Virus record (IMG/VR): IMGVR_UViG_3300032212_000043
Span: 1 to 41,912 of that record
Source of the DNA: a virus
Lineage: Duplodnaviria > Caudoviricetes
DNA: 41,912 bases
Direction: 5' to 3' (one strand)
Part shown: positions 27,039 through 33,723 of the stretch, piece after piece
Layout of the letters: each line of letters begins with the position of its first letter
How positions within the stretch are numbered: the stretch's first letter is position 1
Notes under the pieces: model-generated
The model's input: only the letters and a program-made list of their open reading frames with translations
Told to the model about the DNA's origin: nothing
The model's database searches: none
Made by a program: the position numbers and the translations under genes

Positions 27039-27769
27039 TGGGCTTCCTGTTTGACGATATGAGTACCAATCCATCGACCGATCACGGCTCCGCATTGGGG
27101 AACAACGGCATTCCCGAGGGCTTTGAGTCGGTCGCGGTCGTGGGGCTGTCGTGGTCGAGTTCGGGGAGGCTCCCAGGCGTGCTGTGGTCCCGGAGGGGCG
27201 GGCCATCGGTGCAGGTCCAGCCGGGAGGGAAGCCCATAAGACTCTCGACCCAATCCGGATTGAGCCTGCCCCCGCTGCCGGGTTCGATGGGCTCGGTAGG
27301 CTGACCCCGTCGCTGTCCCGGCTTGCTTGAGCCTTTGTGGTCGGTGGCTGAGGGGGTCGGCAGGGCGCGTTTCGCCTCGACGGCCAGAACGCGCCCAGCC
27401 CCGTTCCCGTTCCCGTTCTTGTGCAGAGCCTTTAGACGAGCTCTGCGCTTGTCGAATGACGCCGGGCTCTCCGCATAGTTGAACGCGCTGGCGACCGGGG
27501 TCGGCCAGCCAGCAGACGCAGAACCACCGCTCCCGCCGATGGGGCGCGCCCACCTCTGATGCTCGCAGACCTCCCCAGCGCGCATCATACCCGAGATCGG
27601 CCATGGTCCCGAGTACGGCTCCCAGCCCCCGACCAGTGATCGCTGGGACGTTCTCCATGACAACGATTCGGGGTCGTAGCTCGCGAACGATCCGGGCCAT
27701 CTCGAAAAACAATCCGGACTTCTCACCTGCCAGTCCGGCTCCGTTGCCGGCGAGTGAAATGTCCTGGCA
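27035..27769 (-). CDS. C5 DNA methyltransferase, catalytic C-terminal part (motifs IV, VI, VII, VIII, X); no good start of its own
   Basis: (P)CQDISLAG, MENV, GAPHRRERWF and RLKALGNAVVPQ. Confidence 0.9.
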   Translation of the reverse strand, partial: CQDISLAGNGAGLAGEKSGLFFEMARIVRELRPRIVVMENVPAITGRGLGAVLGTMADLGYDARWGGLRASEVGAPHRRERWFCVCWLADPGRQRVQLCGEPGVIRQAQSSSKGSAQERERERGWARSGRRGETRPADPLSHRPQRLKQAGTATGSAYRAHRTRQRGQAQSGLGRESYGLPSRLDLHRWPAPPGPQHAWEPPRTRPRQPHDRDRLKALGNAVVPQCGAVIGRWIGTHIVKQEAQ

Positions 27770-28449
27770 GGGCTTACCGGGAACCCGCCACAAATCATGT
27801 CGACTTGCGCGAGTTCCCTTTCACCCCCCTTCGGCACTGCCGTGTTGATGGTGTGCCATGCATGGTGACAGCCTTTGCAGAGCCATCGAACCTTGAGCGG
27901 GTGGTTGTAGTCGTCGTGGTGCGCCTGGATGGGGGCGCGACCATCGGAGTACTGCACGCCCGGACCTCTGCACTCCTCGCAGATGGAAGGGCGCTTGAGC
28001 CTGCCCTGCCTGACCGCGACCTCGACGGCATTGTGCACGCCATCGTCGGCCAGAACACCGCCTCGGTAAAAGTGATTGTCCGACCCGTACCGGCGCTGTG
28101 GGCGCATCTTGGTGCGCCGCTTCAGCAGGCCGTGCATTGACTGCCTGGTCACGCCGTACCGGGGAGCGATGGCTCCGCACGACATGCCGCCCTCGTACAG
28201 GGCCACTGCCTCGACTACCTGCTCCGGTGTGAGTTTCTTGAGCTTCCCAGCCATGGGGCCTCCTACATTTAGAATGTTGTCGTACCGCTGCGCGTCAGGC
28301 CAGTGACGCGCCAGCACCTTTCTGGCGTACTCGTTCTGCTCGACCTGCCAGACGGTCTCTGACGGTACCCCGGCGGACATAAGGCCAGCTTCAAGGCCAT
28401 AGTCCAGCCCTCCTACTCCGGAGAACAGGGAGCCGATTCTAAGGGTCAT
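27082..28449 (-). CDS. C5 methyltransferase N-terminus (motifs I-III) plus inserted HTH-HNH endonuclease, running into the alternative-frame beta subunit (TRD/motif IX)
   Basis: SLFSGVGG; VEQNEYARKVLARHWP; CEEC..AHHDDYNHPLKVRWLCKGCHHAWH; VDMICGGFP; WPTP/LPTP; RLNPDWVESLMGFPPGWT. Confidence 0.9.
   Translation of the reverse strand: MTLRIGSLFSGVGGLDYGLEAGLMSAGVPSETVWQVEQNEYARKVLARHWPDAQRYDNILNVGGPMAGKLKKLTPEQVVEAVALYEGGMSCGAIAPRYGVTRQSMHGLLKRRTKMRPQRRYGSDNHFYRGGVLADDGVHNAVEVAVRQGRLKRPSICEECRGPGVQYSDGRAPIQAHHDDYNHPLKVRWLCKGCHHAWHTINTAVPKGGERELAQVDMICGGFPVSPARTFHSPATEPDWQVRSPDCFSRWPGSFASYDPESLSWRTSQRSLVGGWEPYSGPWPISGMMRAGEVCEHQRWARPIGGSGGSASAGWPTPVASAFNYAESPASFDKRRARLKALHKNGNGNGAGRVLAVEAKRALPTPSATDHKGSSKPGQRRGQPTEPIEPGSGGRLNPDWVESLMGFPPGWTCTDGPPLRDHSTPGSLPELDHDSPTTATDSKPSGMPLFPNAEP
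27817..28264 (-). mobile_element. In-frame HNH homing-endonuclease-like insert with its own SD and ATG
   Basis: AGGAGG at 28264-28259 and ATG at 28254. HTH followed by an HNH Zn-finger. No intein termini. Confidence 0.7.
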
Positions 28450-28616
28450 GGCTGCTCCTCGGCAGCGTCCGTCTCAACGATGGCACGAATCAGCGCCTCG
28501 TTTAGCGAGCAGGCGTGACGTGTGGCGATGCGCTGGAGTGCTGCGCGGTGGTCCGCGTTGAGGTACGCGGTGTACCGGGTACGCTTCTCCTCGGGGGGCA
28601 GGGCAAGGCGACCCAT
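28446..28616 (-). CDS. Ribbon-helix-helix (CopG/Arc-like) regulator, 56 aa
   Basis: MGRLALPPEEKRTRYTAYLNADHRAALQRIATRHACSLNEALIRAI. Its stop overlaps the MTase ATG. Not in the ORF track. Confidence 0.75.
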   Translation of the reverse strand: MGRLALPPEEKRTRYTAYLNADHRAALQRIATRHACSLNEALIRAIVETDAAEEQP

Positions 28617-28894
28617 CAGGATGCCCCGGTAATGTGAACGGTGCTGACTGCGGCTTTGATAAGCTTTTTCGCAGCCGCAGCAGAGGACCCATCAGGGATG
28701 ATGATGTCGCTTCCATCTTCCATCACGGCGACCCACAGCCATGGTGCTTGGCGGTCACGAACCAATCCAGACACACCGTTTGCATGCCATCTGGTAGGAC
28801 GCTCCCGTGAGACCTCTCCAATTGACGCGCCGTTTACCGTAATGCCCCATGTGGTCACAGTTTCATCAGTGCCCAGATTTTCAAACTTGATCAT
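28616..28894 (-). CDS. Hypothetical beta-rich protein (first gene of cassette 1)
   Basis: ATG at 28894 behind a GAGGA SD. Confidence 0.75.
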   Translation of the reverse strand: MIKFENLGTDETVTTWGITVNGASIGEVSRERPTRWHANGVSGLVRDRQAPWLWVAVMEDGSDIIIPDGSSAAAAKKLIKAAVSTVHITGAS

Positions 28895-28982
28895 GGTGTT
28901 GTCCTCGGTGGGGTTGGTTCGTCTCCCCACACCAACAACATAAAGCACCGGTGTTCTACCGTCAATAGAACACCGGTGCTTT
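28891..28982 (-). promoter_or_regulatory. Promoter TTGACG-17-TATGTT with a 17-bp inverted-repeat operator and conserved hairpin leader (copy 1)
   Basis: IR arms at 28942-28958 and 28966-28982 flank the -35 box. The leader is 41/44 identical to 31323-31366. Confidence 0.85.
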
Positions 28983-28999
28983 TCTTTAAGCAGTCGTGA

Positions 29000-29173
29000 T
29001 TACCGGTCGGCTTCAACCAGAGCACCAGCCTTCAACTTCAGCACCTCAGCCTTGACGCGGGCCAGCTCCGCACGGGCTGTGTCTGCCTCGATGCTGACCC
29101 GCTGGTACCGGGAGCGGCAGCGGTACCACGCGACGACGAGCAGGAGGCATGCGATGGACAGGGCGGCGGTCAC
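29000..29173 (-). CDS. Small TM plus coiled-coil protein
   Basis: GTG at 29173 is coupled. Reads MTAALSIACLLLVVAWYR... Confidence 0.55.
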   Translation of the reverse strand: MTAALSIACLLLVVAWYRCRSRYQRVSIEADTARAELARVKAEVLKLKAGALVEADR

Positions 29174-29520
29174 TTCCGCCCTCGCTGAATGTTGCGAATC
29201 AAGTGGTTGACCAGCCCGACTCTCAGGGCGGGGGTCTGCCCGATGCTGTAGCGGGTGTCTCGCTTGAAGCGAACCGGCTTGCCATACAGGACCGTGTGAC
29301 CGTCTCTGGCAAGGGTGACCTCTCTGCTGGTGTAGGACAGCAGCCGCCACGACTCCCGCCCGTATGGGGTATCCACAGGGACGCGGGGCAGGGCATTGAC
29401 GAGCCGGTGCACCTCCTCCTGGTACGCTCTGCGCTGCTGGTACGCCTGATCGAGCAGGGCAAACCCATCGCTGGTGACAGCCTGAGTGTGAGGCTCTGGC
29501 GGTGCTTTGTAGAGATTCAT
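29170..29520 (-). CDS. Hypothetical protein
   Basis: Coupled on both sides. Confidence 0.65.
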   Translation of the reverse strand: MNLYKAPPEPHTQAVTSDGFALLDQAYQQRRAYQEEVHRLVNALPRVPVDTPYGRESWRLLSYTSREVTLARDGHTVLYGKPVRFKRDTRYSIGQTPALRVGLVNHLIRNIQRGRK

Positions 29521-29762
29521 GACGGACCTTCCTGCCTGAGACGATGGATCTCCGTCTCCCGCTCAGCCAGCAGCCGCCGCTGGTCTTGGATCTGCCTGCG
29601 CGCCTCGGTAAGCCGGGCCTCAGCCTCCCCGGCGCGCTCCTCCATGGCCTCAAGGTGCACCTGGTACCACTCGATGGTGCCTGGCTCAGGGGCAGCGTCT
29701 GCGGCCTCCCGTGCGTCGGAGAGGCGGCGCTGGTGTTCTGCGAATCGGTCAAATGCCCTCAT
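29517..29762 (-). CDS. Coiled-coil hypothetical protein
   Basis: ATG at 29762 (MRAFDRF) in an ATGA overlap. Confidence 0.65.
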   Translation of the reverse strand: MRAFDRFAEHQRRLSDAREAADAAPEPGTIEWYQVHLEAMEERAGEAEARLTEARRQIQDQRRLLAERETEIHRLRQEGPS

Positions 29763-30124
29763 GACTGCTCCGGGGTGGCATTGAAGCTGGCGTGGTACCC
29801 GGCGACCACATCGGCGGTTGGGCGGGAGATGATCTCGCTCCCAGTGAAGATGCGGGTCACAACCGTGGGCTCCGCAAGCATTAAGCAACCGCGATCATTC
29901 ACATCATCAGTCACCATCCACCGAAGGAATATGGTGTCACCCCAGTAACCGTGACCGGGAGCGTGCTCGTAAAGTGCGGCGCACACGCTGATATCGTCGG
30001 TCACATAGTGGGGGGCAACGCCCCACGGCTCGATAGGCAACCCGCTGATGACACGGGCCCCATCAGAGGAGGTCGCACTGAGAGCCTCCAAGTAGTATCG
30101 AACGCTCATGACTGCTCCGGGGTG
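29758..30124. repeat. 20-bp direct repeat CTCATGACTGCTCCGGGGTG
   Basis: Copies at 29758-29777 and 30105-30124. Confidence 0.9.
29759..30109 (-). CDS. Hypothetical protein flanked by 20-bp direct repeats
   Basis: Coupled. Ends in TPEQS, as does the upstream gene. Confidence 0.6.
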   Translation of the reverse strand: MSVRYYLEALSATSSDGARVISGLPIEPWGVAPHYVTDDISVCAALYEHAPGHGYWGDTIFLRWMVTDDVNDRGCLMLAEPTVVTRIFTGSEIISRPTADVVAGYHASFNATPEQS

Positions 30125-30702
30125 TAGAGGTCGGGGTGCTGACCCTTCTGCACGTCCCTGACGAACTGCTTGCGACCGTCAACGGTCCACTCGTCCATGA
30201 CTCCCCAGCCGTCCTGGTAGGCGATGTAGTCATTCACGGCACCGGGGCTACAACCAGCCGCCTCAAGGGCGCTGTAGGCCCACTCCAGCGAGCCCTCGGT
30301 GTCACGAGCCGAGCGGGGAGCCTGCCGAGGCTGGCGCTGCTCTGCGGGCTCATCACCCGGCAACTCCTCCCGGGCGGTCATGCCGATGCCGAGGTACATC
30401 CGAAGCGCCCGGCACACGGCCCGCGTCTCAGCCATGCGCAGGACGGCTCCGACCATGCCGCGCTTGACGTTGCCGGGGTTGGCGTCTCCGTGAGCGGTGA
30501 AGGTGCCGCGCTCGCCGCTGACAGTCGCCTTGAACACTGCCGACTGCTGCTCTGCGTTCCAGTCGAGCATGGAGGGCTCGATGGTCTTGAGCCCGTTGCT
30601 GTGCGAGGTCACCAGCAAGCCGCTGTAGGTCACAAATTCGCGCCCCTGTAGCTTGATGATTCCGCCGGTCTTCCGGAGGTCGTTGAGGTCGATTCCGCTC
30701 AT
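30106..30702 (-). CDS. Single-strand annealing protein (Rad52/Sak/RecT superfamily)
   Basis: LQGREFVTYSGLL...GDANPGNV...RMAETRAVCRALR...EEL. Confidence 0.75.
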   Translation of the reverse strand: MSGIDLNDLRKTGGIIKLQGREFVTYSGLLVTSHSNGLKTIEPSMLDWNAEQQSAVFKATVSGERGTFTAHGDANPGNVKRGMVGAVLRMAETRAVCRALRMYLGIGMTAREELPGDEPAEQRQPRQAPRSARDTEGSLEWAYSALEAAGCSPGAVNDYIAYQDGWGVMDEWTVDGRKQFVRDVQKGQHPDLYTPEQS

Positions 30703-30845
30703 GTCTTCTCCTGCCCGTCGAGGGCCTTGAGCTTGTTGATGTCGTCGATGAGGTCGGCGAGCTGCCGGTCAGGGATGCCCCGGCGTCGGAGGTAGTCGAG
30801 CCGCTTGATGAGACGGCTGAGGTGGTAGCGTTCGTCTTCGGTCAT
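30699..30845 (-). CDS. 48-aa helical protein
   Basis: Reads MTEDERYHLSRLIKRLDYLRRRG...; stop overlaps the annealase ATG. Confidence 0.6.
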   Translation of the reverse strand: MTEDERYHLSRLIKRLDYLRRRGIPDRQLADLIDDINKLKALDGQEKT

Positions 30846-30890
30846 GACTCATCCACGATGGGCCAATCCCAGCCGATGCGGTTCATGGTG

Positions 30891-31064
30891 TCAGTCATCC
30901 ATGACCTCCCAGAATGCGAGGGCTGCTCGTCGGTATGCGTCGGCTCTGGACTTGCAGCCGAGGTGGGCTGCGATGTCGTCGATGCGGCTGCGCTCCACGT
31001 TCGTCTCTGTGACGCGTGTAGAGTGCTTCCGCTGGTCTTCGATGGGTAAGGTGGGTCTTCCCAT
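30891..31064 (-). CDS. Second ribbon-helix-helix regulator, 57 aa
   Basis: MGRPTLPIEDQRKHSTRVTETNVERSRIDDIAAHLGCKSRADAYRRAALAF with AGGAG SD. Not in the ORF track. Confidence 0.7.
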   Translation of the reverse strand: MGRPTLPIEDQRKHSTRVTETNVERSRIDDIAAHLGCKSRADAYRRAALAFWEVMDD

Positions 31065-31140
31065 TGGTTCTCCTGTCAGGTTGCCGGGATGGCACGCCAG
31101 CCGCCGACCGAGGCCGGGAACTGGGTTCCGCCCCGACTGG

Positions 31141-31326
31141 CTACGGCAGGTAAACGACGACCTGCCCCATCGTGATGGTCTGGCCCAGCATCACAGCCAT
31201 GTCGTACGCGCTGCGGTCGGTGCTGTCCCGGCACTCTTCGCGGCATGTCACGGTGTAGCTGCTGCGATCCATCTCGGTGCGGTTGCCGGTAGTCGTGGCG
31301 GTCAAGTTGGTGATCACTGCGGTCAT
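31141..31326 (-). CDS. Hypothetical 61-aa protein (first gene of cassette 2)
   Basis: ATG at 31326 behind the conserved leader. Confidence 0.7.
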   Translation of the reverse strand: MTAVITNLTATTTGNRTEMDRSSYTVTCREECRDSTDRSAYDMAVMLGQTITMGQVVVYLP

Positions 31327-31409
31327 GGTGTTGTCCTCGGTGGGGTTGGTTTCGCTCCCCACACCATCTACTTACTTTGATACAAACAACCCGTCAATAG
31401 ATTGATACA
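31323..31409 (-). promoter_or_regulatory. Promoter TTGACG-17-TAAGTA with TGTATCAA direct-repeat operator and conserved leader (copy 2)
   Basis: Same spacing as copy 1. Repeats at 31377-31384 and 31402-31409. Confidence 0.75.
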
Positions 31410-31617
31410 GAATAAATGAAAGAATCCCCCACACCCCACACGCACAGCCGCGAGTTTTGAGGGATGCAGGGGAAAGAGGCCCGGCCTGGCTACTGAGGAG
31501 AGCTGAGGGTCAGCAGGGTGGGGATTGTCTGGCGGATAGGGGATGCCAGACCGGGCAGGGGTTTAGATGAGGCCCGCGACGTGGCACAGGGCGAGGATGG
31601 GGATCAGGGTGAGGAGT

Positions 31618-31962
31618 TCAGCGATCATAGAAGGGCTCCGGTCGGATCGTCTCCATCCATGCGACGATGTTGACCCACTCTGAAAGGGGCATGTCCGCGC
31701 GCAATTCGGGGACACAAAGGTGGGGGACCAGGGGCGACTGGTGGGGGCGCTCACCCTCCTGCCCTGACCTCATCCACGCCAGCCATGCAGCCTGCTCCTC
31801 CGGGAAGGTGGGCGGGTGCTCGCCATGGAGGCGCCCCGACACCACAAAGTGCCCACTGCCACGACTGTGCAGGGTGAGGTAGATGGTCCGGTCGCTGTGG
31901 TCGTCGTAGGGGGGCCGCCCGAGGAGCCAAGGGCCATCCTCGATCTTGCCGGCGCTACTCAT
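31618..31962 (-). CDS. Hypothetical protein
   Basis: GAGG SD. Overlaps the upstream stop. Confidence 0.6.
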   Translation of the reverse strand: MSSAGKIEDGPWLLGRPPYDDHSDRTIYLTLHSRGSGHFVVSGRLHGEHPPTFPEEQAAWLAWMRSGQEGERPHQSPLVPHLCVPELRADMPLSEWVNIVAWMETIRPEPFYDR

Positions 31963-32245
31963 GCTGCCTCTCCTCGTTTGAGAACAGGCGCGCGATGCTT
32001 CCGCCGGCCATATCGGACATCACAACGACGGTGTGGGTGTCGTTGGTGAACGTGGGTTTGTCGTACAAGGGGTACTCGTACAAGATGCCCTGCTCAAGCC
32101 ACTGGACAACACCATCACCCAGCGCCCACGTCTTGCCCCGACAGTCCTCGATGTCACTGTAGACGTGGTCGACGCCGAACTGTGACCACAGCGCGGCCTG
32201 TGCAGCATTCAATGCATCCATGGCTTTGTCGGTGCTGGTCATCAA
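31955..32245 (-). CDS. Hypothetical protein
   Basis: AAGGAG SD. Coupled. Confidence 0.7.
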   Translation of the reverse strand: MMTSTDKAMDALNAAQAALWSQFGVDHVYSDIEDCRGKTWALGDGVVQWLEQGILYEYPLYDKPTFTNDTHTVVVMSDMAGGSIARLFSNEERQHE

Positions 32246-32496
32246 GCGCGCTCCTTGAGGATGGGTCGGCTGGTGGTGGAAACTGCCCGGTCGTGCCAGT
32301 CGTTAAATCCGCACACGCAGCCGTCTCGCGAATCGGTGGGCGCCGGGCACTCTTCAGCGTGCCGCGCCCATCCTTCGTGGATGCTTTCGGAAAGCAGGAC
32401 CAGTGCCGAGGCTTGCAACTCCTGACTTGTCGCTGGACAGGTGCAGAACGTGAGCCCATGAACAGCGACTCCCATGCAGCAGGGGATGGCCCTCAT
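32242..32496 (-). CDS. Small Cys/His-rich protein
   Basis: ATGA overlap with the XRE gene. HxxxC...CxCG motif. Confidence 0.6.
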   Translation of the reverse strand: MRAIPCCMGVAVHGLTFCTCPATSQELQASALVLLSESIHEGWARHAEECPAPTDSRDGCVCGFNDWHDRAVSTTSRPILKERA

Positions 32497-32708
32497 GTCG
32501 TCTCCTGGGTTGCGAGGGCCACCAGTTCCTCAACGGGCCTGCCAAGCAGGCGGGCGATGTCTGGAAGGGTGGCGAGCTGAGGGCGACTGTGCCCGCGCTC
32601 CCAATTGCCGACAGTCTGCTGAGTCACCTTGAGAATGCCGGCAACCTCAAGGCGCGACTGACCGCGCTCTGTGCGGTGCTGCTCAATGAGCCTTCCAATG
32701 CGGTTCAC
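32493..32708 (-). CDS. Cro/XRE-family HTH regulator
   Basis: AGGAGG-5nt-GTG start. EVAGILKVTQQTVGNWERGHSRP. Confidence 0.9.
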   Translation of the reverse strand: MNRIGRLIEQHRTERGQSRLEVAGILKVTQQTVGNWERGHSRPQLATLPDIARLLGRPVEELVALATQETT

Positions 32709-32834
32709 ATGTACCTCCTGTCTCAAAGGTAGCGCCTGGCCGGTCCTCTGCAAAGGGTCTTTCACTTTTATCTGAAAAGACCTTTTCACTTACACCGGAA
32801 CGCCTTACAGTTCAGACACCAACCGGGAGCAACA
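32709..32834. promoter_or_regulatory. Divergent early control region
   Basis: Strand switch point, AT-rich. Imperfect IR GGTCTTTCA/TGAAAAGACC at 32756-32782. TTTCACTT repeats. -10-like TACCTT (minus) and TACAGT (plus). Confidence 0.6.
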
Positions 32835-33044
32835 ATGACCGCCAGCGACATGCAGAACCGACAGGAACTCACCGACCGCCTCAGTGCAGCGGCTACCAAC
32901 TACGCACGGGAGATGAGCGAGCCAACCCGGCGTGCCTACTTCGCGGCGGTTCGGAACGCCCTTAAGGCTGACATGCCTGCCGACCTCATTGAGAGCATTA
33001 ACGCTGCCGCAGTCGCCAACACCATGCCCGTGAGCCTGCGATGA
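32835..33044 (+). CDS. Hypothetical helical protein
   Basis: GGGAG SD. First rightward gene. Confidence 0.7.
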   Translation: MTASDMQNRQELTDRLSAAATNYAREMSEPTRRAYFAAVRNALKADMPADLIESINAAAVANTMPVSLR

Positions 33045-33162
33045 GGCTGAATCAGGCGCCTCTTGTCTTCTTCCTTTTGACCCTTCTAACCATCGGATTC
33101 CGGGCAATGTACACCAACATCAATCTCTCTAATGAGATCGCTGCCAACTGCGGGTCGCAGCC

Positions 33163-33702
33163 ATGAGCCTCCCCCGCAGCAAGCAGGAGCAGGCGAAGCG
33201 GTGGGCGGTCGGTTGGGCAACCGCCGAAGCGCGCTCCCTTCGCTCCGACCAGAACGCGCCCATCATCGTGCGCCCCAACCGGGAGCGGTACTGGGCTGGC
33301 CTCATTCGCCGTGCTGGTATCTGCACCCCGGACCGGGAGCACTCCGGCCTGCGCCCGTCGCTCAAGCATGCGATTGACACCGGCTGCGACCCCGTCGAGA
33401 TGGCAGACCGCATCACCATGACGAACACGATGCACCTGCGGCTGCGGAGCTGCACCGCTGCACTGTGGCTGTACACGCTGCGCACGAACCCCAGAAAGGT
33501 CCGCAGCCTCGGCCGCACATACAGCCCGTCTGACTGCGCTGAGTTCTTCCAACTCAGCGCAGACATGGCCAACGACACCGGGCTCACCCTGTGGGTGTTC
33601 CACTACGCAAAAGCGCTCCTCTGGAACTACCAGAACACCACCAAGAAAGACCACGCCAGCGCGCCGATGATGAAAGCGCTTGACGCCGTGATCACACCCT
33701 GA
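33163..33702 (+). CDS. Hypothetical protein
   Basis: 179 aa with high GC3 on the + strand. Confidence 0.65.
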   Translation: MSLPRSKQEQAKRWAVGWATAEARSLRSDQNAPIIVRPNRERYWAGLIRRAGICTPDREHSGLRPSLKHAIDTGCDPVEMADRITMTNTMHLRLRSCTAALWLYTLRTNPRKVRSLGRTYSPSDCAEFFQLSADMANDTGLTLWVFHYAKALLWNYQNTTKKDHASAPMMKALDAVITP

Positions 33703-33723
33703 CCCCCCGACCCAGAGAGAACC

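Noticed and set aside
27773-27777. GTAAG resembling a spliceosomal 5' splice site
   Set aside because: This is a bacteriophage context and 5-8 nt is too short for an intron, so the match is coincidental.
27817-28254. Intein or group I intron in the methyltransferase
   Set aside because: There are no intein terminal residues, the segment is almost entirely ORF with no ribozyme core, and it is not at the +1 Cys.
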